NCBI RefSeq assembly: GCF_006345805.1
Contig: NC_043017.1
Span: 34,038,001 to 34,102,000 of the forward strand
Direction: 5' to 3'
DNA: 64,000 nt
From: Octopus sinensis
Taxonomy: Eukaryota
Numbering within the stretch: the stretch's first letter is position 1; each line of letters starts with the position of its first letter. The notes beneath the pieces are model-generated. The model did no database searches. It was given only the letters and a program-made list of their open reading frames with translations, and was not told the DNA's origin. The position numbers and the translations under genes are program-made. Shown one piece after another: positions 40,443-53,446 of the stretch.

Positions 40443-41170
40443 CCTCCTTCTTTCCTAAGCGTCCAATAATACTATATTTGTTCCACGTCCTCGCGTTGTT
40501 GTGTTTTTTTTTCTGCTTTCATGTTTGGATTAACTTTATATATATATAGATATATATATATATATATATGCCTCCACGCGCTGCTACTACACTTTCGTCC
40601 TTGCCAGCAAAAAGGCTTCTTCGTTCGTCCCCTTGTGTGGTTAATTTCCTGTATAGTATTCTTGTTATTTTCTCGTTTTGTAACTAATTGTACTTTTTGT
40701 ACATGTATTTTTATTTTTGCAGTTTTATTGTTTGTCTATGCCAGAAAAAAGGCTTTTTCGTTCGTCCTCTTGTGTTTGTTTTTGTACATGTATTTTAATT
40801 TTGCAGTCTTATTGTTACGTCTTGTTGTGTTCGTACTCATTGTGCCCCGCTGCTTGAAATTTTATTTTAATTCTCTCGCAGGAAGGCCTATTGGATTAGT
40901 GTTCTGTTATGCCTTCGAAACATGCCTGACTCCTCTAGCGACAGCTGATGACGGGGGTTTTGTCCTTGTGTAACCTGTCCTGTATTTGGTTTTCGTTTTC
41001 CGTTTTCTTGTTTTTGTTTTTTGGCTTTTTCTGTTCTACGTCTTATTGTGATGTCTGTACTTCCGTATAATTATTTATATATGCATGTATATATACATGT
41101 AGATGTAGGTACGTACATATATGTTTGTATGTATGCATATATTTTTATTTATCTCCCTATATATATATAT

Positions 41171-41205
<35 letters not shown>

Positions 41206-41208
41206 TAT

Positions 41209-41273
<65 letters not shown>

Positions 41274-41301
41274 TACAATATGTTACATTACTCGATAGTC
41301 A

Positions 41302-41364
41302 AGATAAAACTCTGAGTTTCAGATGCCGAAGTGGAAATCCACAACACCATCTCTTCGGTTATCT
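41302..41364 (-). ncRNA. Hammerhead-like motif (mirror copy)
   Basis: Reverse complement of 42055-42117. Confidence 0.55.
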
Positions 41365-42054
41365 GGCTATTTGAAAACGTTATGAAAAAATACCGTTAAA
41401 TAAAGGGAAATTACTCTGTTATAACTCTGCTTGCCTGCGTACTTATACATCGCTCGCATTTTTCGTCATAAAAATTATATAAAAATACATAAAAAAATAT
41501 AAAAATATATAAAAATATATAAAAATATATAAATTCTTCTTGGGACATAACATAGAAAGCATGTTCTATCTGTTTTCTTTAGGGGACCAAAAACGTAACA
41601 GAATTTAGTCACATGTGGGTATGATCCGAAAAGCTCTGTCCTTGTATTTAGACATGTAGTAGGGTCTAAGCTGCTTTTCCAGATAAGCCATCTCTCCATG
41701 TCGCATAGACCGCACCTTGGAGAGATGGCTAATCTGTAAAAGCAGCTTAGACCCTACTACATGTCTAAATACAAGGACAGAGCTTTTCGGATCATGCCCA
41801 CATGTGACTAAATTTCTGTTACGTTTTTGGTCCCCTAAAGAAAACAGATAGAACATGCTTTCTATGTTATGTCCCAAGAAGAATTTATATATTTTTATAT
41901 ATTTTTATATATTTTTTATATATTTTTTATGTATTTTTATATAATTTTTATGACGAAAAATGCGAGCGATGTATAAGTACGCAGGCAAGCAGAGTTATAA
42001 CAGAGTAATTTCCCTTTATTTAACGGTATTTTTTCATAACGTTTTCAAATAGCC

Positions 42055-42117
42055 AGATAACCGAAGAGATGGTGTTGTGGATTTCCACTTCGGCATCTGA
42101 AACTCAGAGTTTTATCT
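42055..42117 (+). ncRNA. Hammerhead-like motif with CCGAAGA core
   Basis: agataa-CCGAAGA-gatg...catct-GAAA-ctcagag-TT-ttatct: stem I 6 bp, stem III ACUC-A-GAGU can pair only as a dimer. Confidence 0.55.
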
Positions 42118-43004
42118 TGACTATCGAGTAATGTAACATATTGTATAGATAAATTTCCTCTATTTACATAATATTGAGGTCTCTTTCTTTCTTTTGTTAT
42201 CTTACCGTTTTACCAATATATATATATATTAACTTGTGTCTATGCGTGTATATAATGTGTGTGTCTGTGTGTATGATAGTTATAATTAACATATTCATGG
42301 GGGAAATGCATATACAGGTCACTTAGAAGGGAATGACACGTCGAATATGATGAAGCGGACAACTAACCAGAGGTTACAGGCAATTGAGTTAGGGAAGAGA
42401 AGGGGAAAAAAGTGGATGTGTAAGGTACATAAGGGGCCAGGTGGATGCAATGCACGGTGGCATCTGTTTGAGGATCAAAGTAAAACTACGACCTCTTGGA
42501 ACCCTTTCGCATAGCATGCTCTGTATGTCAGGACATACCATTTCTTCTGAATTGCACATGGCTCTCGAGCCGAGTGCAGACACCGTTCGGGAGCATCATT
42601 TTGGAACTAGGACGTGGAAACCCGTTTCAGTATATAGAAACGATGACACCATCATTTTTTCTGATACCATCTAAAAGGTGGTGGTGATGCTGCTGGTGGG
42701 CGGCACAATTCTCAAGGAATTGGAGGCTGCTGCAGAGAAACAAATCAAACCAGACAAAATGATACCTGCAATTTGATGGCAGGGTAAGTTAGTCGATCAT
42801 TGTCTCGTCCCAATTACCCTCTGGTGAGATTGGGACGTCTTTTATTCAATTTTTGTGAAAAGTCCACCTTTTACTAGTCAGGCGGTACAACTCCTGCTAA
42901 CAATCTCTGCGCAACGATCTGGTAAAGCTAAGCTCCTAATGTAAAGACATCTGTTAGAGTTTCGAAAGTTGGAAAGCTTATCGTACGCTGAACATGTATA
43001 ATTG

Positions 43005-43190
43005 TTTCTTTACTACCCACAAGGGGCTAAACATAGAGAGGGCAAACAAGGACAGACAAACGGATTAAGTCGATTACATCGACCCCAGTGCGTAACTGGT
43101 ACTTAATTTATCGACCCCGAAAGGATGAAAGACAAAGTCGACCTCGGCGGAATTTGAACTCAGAACATAACGGCAGACGAAATACGGCTT
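43005..43190 (-). mobile_element. SINE family B, 5'-truncated
   Basis: tttctttactacccacaaggggctaaac...cggcagacgaaatacgg. Confidence 0.88.
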
Positions 43191-45209
43191 CTCATAAGAT
43201 ACATTAATCCGCAGTTCATCTGCTTTTCGAAGCTGAAGTCCTAAGTGAAGCAGGCTCTGAGAGTGCATCAAAATATCGATTGACCCTCAACGTCGTCTAA
43301 CAGTTGTGCAACGGGGTTGGTGGATGTTACAGTCTTGCAATCTAAGAGGGTTAATTACCGGAAATGTTTTCATTATAAGCGGATGTAGCAGACATTAGCA
43401 AGCCTATAATTTCTGAGAGAAACCACGAGAACTCGTTATCAATGACCACGTGGTGTGCTACATCGTCGTGAATGTAAAAACGGTTGCTTTTACGGAAACA
43501 CCTGCATTTCGAGGTAAATACAAATATCCTCGACTCACATAATACTTCGGTGCATCAAACTGTGTGAACTGCTATGAACAGATCAATGGAGGTCACCATA
43601 TTACTGTCATTTTAAGTTGCGACTGGTGTGGGTAGGACAGATTTGTTTTAGACTGTGATACTCCTAGTAAAAATGCGTTCATTAGTACTAATGTACCTTT
43701 AGAATGGTATTTTGCAGGAATTTAAAGTTTGTCTTGCAGAAGCAGAGAGAAAGAAAGGAAGTATAAACGCCAGAAAATTTTCTTCTGTCCCTCCAATGGC
43801 CTGGCAGGTTTTACCTGCATTTCTCGAATGCTTCAATATTGATTTGACATAATTACAAACTTGCATGCAGATCGTATGAGGTTATGATGTCGGCTGTTGG
43901 TCATAGTTAGCTACACAGACAACAAAGTTATGACCTATTCAATCAGTTAAGAAGAGATCAATGCAGAGTGAGTAAACGGGTTAATGGAAGTTGAATGCCA
44001 TCTTTTGATGCAGAGATATTTCGATGGACTCAAGAGCGAACTTTTTAAACGGAAATTGACGGGCGCCATTATCAACGTGGTTGGTCATAAGTAAGAGCAA
44101 AAATTGTAAGAGCGTCACCTAGATTTCGTAAATAGTTAACTAGTAGCAAATTACAGAGGAGGAATTAAGTGCTGAAAAGAAAACTATGGCAATGGACATT
44201 GACTCTATTTCCACTGGCTCAGAATATTTTCGCTTGCCATAAAAAAGACAAGCTCCGCTTACTTTATTCGGTCTAGTTTCTTTAGCTTCAGCACTTAGTG
44301 GGGGACTACTATTTATAAAAAAAGATTTACCAACTGGGAAGACAAGACGTTTCAGTCACAGTTGTTCCAGGACTAGAACAAAATAAAGAAGAAAAAAAAC
44401 ATTATCTGTAAGTTTACCCCGGATATATCGGTTGCAGAATGGAAGACGAATATTAGTTATTAAGAAACACGAGACGTGTTAACTTCATTTCGCAACTATA
44501 CCACCTGGTATGTTTCCTAGATATGTTGCACAGTTTTATGTTTTGCTTTTTTTTAGGGGGTAAGTGTCATAAGTTTCCATAGAGCACAGCTCGCACCCGG
44601 ATCAACTATCTCTATAAGGATACGCTTTCCTTATAATATCCCGTTTAAGGCTAAATTCGATTCGGCATTCCTTCAGTTCCCAAATCTTGTTAGATAAGGA
44701 CGTACAATTGGTATTATGTTTGAGCCGAAAAGATGAAAAATGGTTATTAATTTTTTTTCATATTTATTGAACATCCTATATATACAAAGTTACCAGCTAC
44801 ACCTGTGATTGTAAACTTATAGATTACGTTTTGGATTAGACATCTACAATTGCAACTCTACAATTGCAACTAGGAGAATTACTGCTATTAATATTATTTA
44901 TATTCATACCATTATTATTATTAATATTACTATTAATATTAATCCTACTACAACTATTCTATGTGTTATTTTCATGTAAGGGCGCATGTAAGGGTGGAAT
45001 CTACCTGTTCTCTCAACGCCTCTCAAAATCGTGGCTTGATTATTAGGTATGTCTCTATTACCAGTATTTTTCTTATCCTTATAGTGAGGAGCAGTCTGTC
45101 CATTCCCTTCTATACCCTTGCTCAATTAAATAGAGCCGCTTGAAACGGTCGTACTGCATCACTTCTTGATATCGTGTTGCTTATTTTGATATATATATAT
45201 ACATATATA

Positions 45210-45362
45210 CACACACGACGAGCTTCTTTCAGTTTTTGTCTACCAAATCCACTCAGAAGGCTCTGGTCTGCCAAAGGCTTAAGCAGAAGACACATGCCCA
45301 ATGTCCCACACTGGTACTGAACTATACGGTTGGAACCAAGCTTCTTACCACACAGCCAAGCC
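45210..45362 (-). mobile_element. SINE family A head, diverged
   Basis: gacgagcttctttcagttt...cttcttaccacacagcca. Confidence 0.7.
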
Positions 45363-45478
45363 GGCACCTTTTATTTTCACTTTACTGTCTTCTGTATTAA
45401 TGAATAATGTTCTTAACATTTTCTACTTAGAATTTTTAAGTCCATTTTACTGACTTTAACAGTTGCACGATGGAATAT

Positions 45479-45822
45479 GTTAGTTAGTTAGTTAGTTAGT
45501 TAGTTAATTTTTTGGGCTCAAAAAGCAAAAAAGCAAGGCCATGTAGGGGGACATGGAGTTATGTACAGGGTGGTGTTCATGTAAAGAGTTCAGGCCACTT
45601 GAGGTCAAGGGAGACTTTGAACCGAGCGGTCGTCGGCATCATCACTATCTCGTCCGGCAGCTTATTCCACGGATCCGCAACCCGGACGGAGAAAGCCCCT
45701 CTCCTTCGATTGAGATGAAATCGTCGCAGATAGAGCTTTTCGGAATGACCCCGCAGCAAACGCTCTGGAACAGGAGTGAAGAACAGTTCTTTCGAGAGGT
45801 TACACTTTCCGCTTATGATGTT
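45479..45822 (-). mobile_element. CR1/L2-type LINE 3' end
   Basis: RGHSEKLYLRRFHLNRRRGAFSVRVADPWNKLPDEIV, 3' UTR and (TAAC)n tail. Confidence 0.9.
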
Positions 45823-46044
45823 GAATATGATATATGTTGGCTAATCTAGGGCAGTAAAGTGATACAAAATGTCTAGTAGTGTTGACAGACGGTCATCTAC
45901 GTCCAAATTACAGCAAGGAGTACAGAAAAGGACAACTACAGAAATAATGGGTTTCTTATGCCAAATCTGTGACCCTATAACAAATATGAAATCAAATTGC
46001 TGCATATTTTATGGCTTTGGATTTCTGAGAGATCATTATTTTAA

Positions 46045-46242
46045 TGTTGTGTCTGGGGAGAGTTATTTTCTTTTTGTGACCTATTATTTAACACACTCAC
46101 CGGTAAAATGTCCAATTTTTTCTTATTTTTATTGTCCTAAAATTTTCGTTGTATCTTGCAACCTTTTCAATAGTTTTGAATTACCGGTAAGTGTGTTACA
46201 TTATAAGGCACAAAAAGAAAATGACTCTCCCCAGACACAACA
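46045..46242. repeat. Small fold-back, about 62 bp arms; spacer holds a hammerhead-like scaffold (46137-46173, minus strand)
   Basis: tgttgtgtctggggagag...caccggtaa versus ttaccggtaag...ctccccagacacaaca. Confidence 0.8.
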
Positions 46243-46469
46243 GAATATGCTTCAACACACGAACTCATATAAAGAATCTTGGAAACTAAATCCAAAAATG
46301 AAATTATTTTAATGATTAAATATTTCAAAATTTCTTGTAAACAGACCTATTCCTTGCACTATAAAAATTCTCTGCGTTATGCAATATAATGTAGATGGCG
46401 TTAGTGGTGTGTTGTGACTACTGCTGCTGCTACTAATTCTGATATTAATAGTAGCTTGTGAAAGTGGTT

Positions 46470-46790
46470 GCAGTGGAGTTGACATTATAATGATGATTAC
46501 GACAATAAACGGGATGCTAGCGATAGTGATGGTGATGAAGGTGATTATGACGAGGAGGAGGAGGAGGAGGGAGGGGGAGGAGGGGAGGGGGAGGAGGGGA
46601 GGTGAAGGAGGAGTAGGAGGATGGTGACGACGACGACGACGACAACGGTGGATGACGACGATGATGGTGTCGGGAGCGATGACAACGATGGCAATGATAA
46701 TGGCGATGATGGCGATGATGGCGATGATGGCGATGATGGCGATGATGTACATGATGGGGGAGGAGCAGGGGGAGGAAGGAAAAAGCGGAG
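46470..46790. repeat. Compound GAG/GAC/GAT/GATGGCGAT trinucleotide tract
   Basis: Direct reading; open in several frames on both strands. Confidence 0.9.
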
Positions 46791-47254
46791 CAACAGGACA
46801 AAGTGTCTTATCTTTGCAAGACACAAAGGAAAACAACGGAATAGAAATAGCTGAAATCGATAAACACTGCTTCCACTTTGATTAATTCATTGATTAAGCC
46901 ATTAAATTTACTTTAAGAGAGAGTAGCAACAATTTTTTAAACCAACACGCTCAAATCTTATATTATTGAACGTTTATAAATATTGCTCCACGTATAATTA
47001 TTTTTTAAATGCTTTTATAGTCGACTGTTGCAGTGTTTTTAACGCCATTCGTACCAAGTCTTCGAGTATTTCATTCTAACGCCATATTGCTCCATGTGGC
47101 TTTCGTATTATGCTTTGTTTGGAAAGTTTTCTGTTAGTTGTTGCGGTCATTATACTCTTCCGTCGCTATTTCCTTTCATGGCTTTATGAGTATTTAATAC
47201 TCCTGCCTTTTGTTTAATTTTCATTTTGCGTTTTAATGTGTGTATTGTCCCTTT

Positions 47255-47590
47255 ACACACACACACAAAAAAAACATATATATATATATATATATATATG
47301 CATACAAAAACACATATTAGATACGAACATACGCAAACACACACACACACACACACACAAACATATATATATATATATGCACACAAAAACATATATTAGA
47401 TACGAACACACACACACACACACACACACAAACATATATATATATGCATACAAAAACATGTATTAGGTACGAACATACGCAAACACACACACACACACAC
47501 ACACAAGCACACATATATATATATATGCATACAAAAACACATATTAGATACAAACATACCCAAACACACACATACACACACATACACACG
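47255..47590. repeat. Composite minisatellite, about 5 units of about 65 bp, built from TA and CA microsatellites
   Basis: Unit (TA)n gcatacaaaaacacatattagatacgaacatacgcaaa (CA)n repeated. Confidence 0.9.
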
Positions 47591-47939
47591 TATACTTATG
47601 ACCGTATATGTACATAAATTAGTGATGTGTAATTAATTTATTACTTGAACAAAATAGCAGAAAATGTGTTATCTATGTAAATCGAATTCTTTTATTTAAC
47701 GAAAGACTTCAATCAACCGATCTTGTGAACAGCCGCAAAGACATGAAACGGGTCGTTTGTGTCCAAATGACTTTCGATAAAATACAATTTGTTTACAATG
47801 CCTATGAGTAACATTCAGTTTCTCGCCATGTCGACTCATATTTAAATTTGTATATATTCACGTGACATATATCTGTATCTATGTATATACATACACAAAC
47901 AAACACACGCACGCACACACATACACGCACACACACATA

Positions 47940-47981
<42 letters not shown>

Positions 47982-48073
47982 AATATATGTATACATTCAA
48001 AATGTGACCACGTGTGTAACGTTGGCGATTTTTTTCCTCCGTCTTCCCTTCTCTGGATCTTTCCTTTTCCTAC

Positions 48074-48108
48074 GTTCCTGACGAAGAGCTCCGCTCGAAA
48101 CGTTAAAC
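48074..48108 (+). ncRNA. Minimal hammerhead-like motif (canonical CUGACGA, extra A) in a short Penelope-like terminus (about 48000-48210)
   Basis: gttc-CTGACGA-a-gagc(tcc)gctc-GAAA-cg-TT-aaac; first stem I pair mismatched. Confidence 0.55.
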
Positions 48109-48239
48109 CCTCCTTCTTTCCTTCCTTCCTGAGCGTCCAATAATAATATACTTGTTCCACGTCCTCGCGTTGTTGCGTTTTCTCTTTGTGTTTTCACGTT
48201 TGGATTAACTATATATATATATAATATATATATATATAT

Positions 48240-48284
<45 letters not shown>

Positions 48285-48643
48285 GTGAGAGGGCAAAATG
48301 GTGGAGAGAGAGCAAGAGGCAGGAGAGAGACAGACAGACAGACACAGAATACATTAATATATTAGCAGACTTAATTCAGAGCACTTAAACATGCATGACA
48401 AAGGACGATTGGAATTGGCTTAGAATCATTCGGTTGCTGCTCCTTTCTGTACGCTTTAGGAATATTTAATAATCCGCTTTTACGAATATATTTGATCCTT
48501 CTTCAAAGTGGGTAAAACTTTATTTTTTTGGTAAATCTGTATAATAGTAATCCAAGTTACCTTTTATAATTGTAAGTTATCCAGCATATTTCAGTAATAG
48601 TCTTTATGAATAGTTAATAATAAAGACCATTTAATTAACAATT

Positions 48644-49085
48644 AAGTTAAGTTAAGTTAATTTTTTGGCTCAATAAGCATAAAGCAAGGTCATGTAGGGG
48701 GACATGGAGTTATGTACAGGGAGGGTGTTCATGCAAAGAGTTCAGGCCATTTCTGATCAAGAGAGTCTTTGAACCGAGCGGTCGTCGGCATCTTCACTAT
48801 CTCGTCCGGCAGCTTATTCTACGGATCCGCAACCCGGACGGAGAAAGCCCCTCTCCTTCGATTGAGATGAAATCGTCGCAGATAGAGCTTTTCGGAGTGA
48901 CCCCGCAGCCGACGCTCTGGAGCAGGAGTGAAGAACAGCTCTTTCGAGAGGTTACACTTTCTGCTTATGATGTTGTGAGCGAGAATGAGATCAGCACGGC
49001 GTCGTCGTTTTTCTAGAGAATAAAGGTCGAGCGTCTTCAGCCTTTCTTCATAAGACAAATGCTTGATAACATGCAGATCAGATAG
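48644..49085 (-). mobile_element. CR1/L2-type LINE 3' end
   Basis: LSYEERLKTLDLYSLEKRRRRADLILAHNII...RRGAFSVRVADP; (TTAAC)n tail. Confidence 0.92.
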
Positions 49086-49918
49086 ATTTTTGTGTATAAT
49101 CACGTGTTCATACATTGCAATAATGAGCACGAGTTCGCCAACTTCGAAACTGCATTAATACTGCATTCTAGTTGCTAGTAAAGTTGTCACTAATAAATTA
49201 GACACTAATTTAATAATGGCTTTAAATCTAGGCACAAGCCCAGCAATTTTCAGGAAAGGGTCAAGTCAATTACATTGACTACGGTAACCTCAACTAAGGT
49301 GTGAACTGACTTGTATAATCAGGATTTGGCTGATATAAATTTAGGTGGTTTTAATATCTTGGAACCTATAATTTTAGAGAGTTAGATGGTGCGTTCACAA
49401 AGCCAGTTATGGTATCCATGATTCGGTGACAGGCTTTGATAAACTTTTAATATCATTTCTTGAGATATGGTGATTTTTACTCAACTATTTGATACATATA
49501 CACTCCCAGTCACTGAACAAAAATATTTTCAAAGTGAACTGCCGTGACATTTCTATGATGTGCAACTTTCACATCGGTGAATTTATTCTTCTCATCTAGA
49601 AATATTGGTTTATACGTGCCATACTCTTAACACATCAACATATGTCATTAGCGATGACCATTAAAGTTGATATGACTTCTAAAATTACCTCCCTTTAGAT
49701 TTTTCTACTTGTTGAATCATTCATTCATAAACTCTACATACATGGACAAAAGTATTTTTCTTAAGAAAATCCATGTTTAAATAGATTTTAATGTCATGAT
49801 TAGCGAAAGCGAAACTGGTCGACAAACACAATATAGAATATATTAAAAATTATATTTAAAATTATATTAAAACTATATAGTGTGTAGATTTTCCATCTTT
49901 AATTTCTTACACACACAC

Positions 49919-49967
<49 letters not shown>

Positions 49968-51175
49968 CATACACAGAGTGAAATAAGAATACAAGTGTTT
50001 CGACAAATAGAACGATGAATGAACTGCGTTTCTTCCCGAGAATAATGTTTAAATAATTGCTTGATTTTCTGTGTAAAATTGATAGAAATGTTTGTCATTT
50101 AAATGTAATTTAAAATACAATCCTCTGGTAAGCTTAAACTGATGTTTGCAACATCATTGTTTGTAAGAGAAATATGTTTACGTGAATTTAGTTACTACTT
50201 AACTTTTGGACAAAATCACAAATTTGGAGGAATTATGTTGTAGACTGAAGAGATCAAAGTACATGATCCCATATGCCAGTGTACTTTTTTGATAGAGGAG
50301 AGAACAATTATAAAGAAAACCTGTGTGGTTTGAAATCTGATTGTAAGTACTAATGTAAAAGCAAATAATTTCCATTGTTTAACCATAAATTGGATTGCGT
50401 ATGTTACTCATGGAAATGAAGAGCTGATTAAATAGACTAAAAATAGTGGAAACAATCCTAATTCTGTAACTTTAAATGCTTCTCATCAAAGCAATAGAAA
50501 ACTGAAATTAAATATAAAGCATCTGAATTAAAGGAGACGTCATTTTCGACAACAAAGACATACTATTTCATCGTGGAACGGGGTGAGACATTAGTCTCAA
50601 AGTAAATAAAACGATAAATGCTAAAGCATTTATAAATATGGTGGTCACGTCAGTTTTAAAAGAGCGTTATCCTACATGCAGACATGAAGCTATGGATATC
50701 TCATTAACTATGCGTCGATTGTATTCAGAAGAATGTGTATTATTTTGGGGAATCTTATTTTTATGCTAGAATAGAATATTTTGTTATTGTAGTTGTACTT
50801 GTTTGATGCTAGTGTTAACAAACCAAAATTGATGAAATTAATAAAAAATTATAATCCTTATTGAATTAATACGTTGTATCTTTAACTTAAGATTGCCAAT
50901 TATTTTTTAAAATATCTTAATCACAGATTCCTAAGATACGTACTTAAATCAAAATCTTTTTAACCTGTATATGATACATTTACCTGTAAATAAAACCTTA
51001 TGTCCATATTTACCATTTATTTCATATTTTAATATTAATATGATATCTACTAAGAATTACCTAATCTTTATAGTTATAATTGTTAGTATACTAACCCTAA
51101 GATACCGCCTAAATTTATAGTCCTGGAACTTCTACATTGTATTTAATGGTAGTCTTTGAAAAATCAAAAGGTAGA

Positions 51176-51826
51176 TGAATTTGGCCGGCGTGCTGACGAT
51201 TCTGCCAGCATTAATCACTTGTAATATATTTCTTTACTACCCACAAGGGGCTAAACACAGAAGGCACAAACAAGAACAGACAAACGGAGTAAGTCGATTA
51301 CATCGACCCCAGTGCGTAACTGGTACTTATTTAATCGACCCCGAGAAGATGAGAGGCAAGGTCGACCTCGGCGGAATTTGAGCTCAGAACGTAACGGCAG
51401 ATGAAATGCCTATTTCTTTACTACCCACAAGGAGCTAAACACAGAAGGGACAAACAAAAACAGACAAACGGAGTAAGTCGATTACATCGACCCCAGTGCG
51501 TAACTGGTACTTATTTAATCGACCCCGAGAAGATGAAAGGCAAGGTCGACCTCGGCGGAATTTGAACTCAGAACGTAACGGCAGATGAAATACCTATTTC
51601 TTTACTACCCACAAGGGGCTAAACACAGAGGGGACAAACAAGGACAGACAAACAGATTAAGTCGATTACATCGACCCCAGTGCGTATCTGGTACTTAATT
51701 TATCGATTCCGAAAAGATGAAAGGCAAAGTCGACATGGGCGGAATTTGAACTCAGAACGTAACGGCAGGCGAAATACGGCTACGCATTTCCCCCCCAGTG
51801 TGCTAACGATTCTGCCAGCTGGCCGC
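51176..51826 (-). mobile_element. Head-to-tail trimer of SINE family B plus an adjacent head fragment
   Basis: Three units of about 183 bp joined at gaaatag/gtatttcgtctg; only the outermost has the head; flanking duplication cattaatca(c/t)ttgtaatatatt. Confidence 0.92.
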
Positions 51827-52512
51827 ATTAATCATTTGTAATATATTAACTTATTTCAACCACTTTTTTTTTTTTGGCTCTGGTATTAAGAGATTCAATT
51901 TTTGTTTATATATGAAATTATTTAATTAAACCGGACACTTTCAATCTTGATGCTAGAAACCATAAAAGATTTCAACCAAAGCGCAATTCTTTTTATCGAT
52001 TCAATAATTCACTCAATATGTCTTTCGCCATGTATTATGAAATTAATCTGAAGACACGTATTACTTCAATTCAAAATGATAAAACTAACAGAAATAGCGA
52101 CTAAATCTTATCTATATATAATTATGATACAAATGAACAAACAAAAGTCTAAGTTGAATTATGTCCCAGCAGCCAGGTTATTTGCAATGCATACACAATT
52201 AAATTAACTCATGAAATAGTTTTAATATATTCATTGTCACTGATATAAATTTACATCATGTATTTAGCACACAAGGCTAATTTCATATGAAATAAATTTT
52301 TATCTAATTTAAAATTAATTTCACCATAATGCATATTTCTAAAATGAATCTCATTTTTTTTTTAGCTGATGAGAAATATGAAATTGTCTCTTTACACAAA
52401 AATTAACGTTTATTTTTAAAGAAAATAATGAGTTTCGTTTACTTTGCGTGAAAAGAGCTCGGCTTTAATGACACTGCTTTCTCTCAGTTTGATTCACAGT
52501 ATTTAGAAATTG

Positions 52513-52547
<35 letters not shown>

Positions 52548-52936
52548 GTATGAGCTTGTGTGTGAGCCTATGTGTAAGTAAATATACGTATGTAGACAGG
52601 TGGTTGCGTATGTAAGTGTGCATGTAACGCTGTGCTGTATTTCGACGAATATTTACATTTCCTAATGGGATTTATATGCAACACACAGAATTATGCTTGA
52701 ACAAATGTAACCTGGATCCGAGATTATTGCCTTACGGTGAACCAGAGATGATCGATTGAAGAGAAGTATAAAGACTAAAAGAAGTACAAAAGTGTGCGAT
52801 GTGCACGCGAAACTAAATTTTCTTTACATTTCATTCTTTCATGAAACTTTATCACACACACACACATACACACACACACACAGTCAGGCAGACAGGCAGG
52901 TAGACAGATATATATAGTTTGATCGATCGCTAGATT

Positions 52937-52980
<44 letters not shown>

Positions 52981-53022
52981 TGTAATAGGCAGTATAAGCT
53001 TGGAGCATAATCGTTATTAAAA

Positions 53023-53446
53023 TACTCTTTACTCTTTACTCTTTTACTCTTTTACTTGTTTCAGTAATTTGACTGCGGCCATGCTGGAGCACCGCCTTTA
53101 GTCGAGCAAATCGACCCCGGGACTTATTCTTTGTAAGCCCAGTACTTATTCTATCGGTCTCTTTTGCCGAACCGCTAAGTGACGGGGATGTAAACACACC
53201 AGCATCGGTTGTCAAGCAATGCTAGGGGGACAAACACAGACACACAAACACACACACATACACATATATATATACATATATACGACAGGCTTCTTTCAGT
53301 TTCCGTCTACCAAATCTACTCACAAGGCATTGGTCAGCCCGGGGCTATAGCAGAAGACACTTGCCCAAGATGCCACGCTGTGGGACTGAACCCGGAACCA
53401 TGTGGTTGGTAAGCAAGCTACTTACCACACAGCCACTCCTGTGCCT
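53023..53446 (-). mobile_element. SINE family A, full length
   Basis: Complete reverse-complement copy. Confidence 0.92.

Larger units (their letters stand above)
41272..42147. repeat. Fold-back palindrome, about 430 bp arms, 19 nt spacer
   Basis: 41272-41698 is the reverse complement of 41718-42147 with a handful of differences; left end in (TA)n, right arm continues into the element tail to about 42220. Confidence 0.96.

Noticed and set aside
40880-40980. Two partial hammerhead scaffolds (gaaggc/gccttc-GAAA-catg; gacag-CTGATGA...ctgtc)
   Set aside because: Each lacks half of the core; at best heavily decayed PLE termini.
46309-46885. His/Asp/Pro-rich ORFs
   Set aside because: Trinucleotide tract open in several frames on both strands; no splice or homology support.
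52360-52392. CTGATGA...GAAA match
   Set aside because: No stem II and no stem I partner; chance core match.
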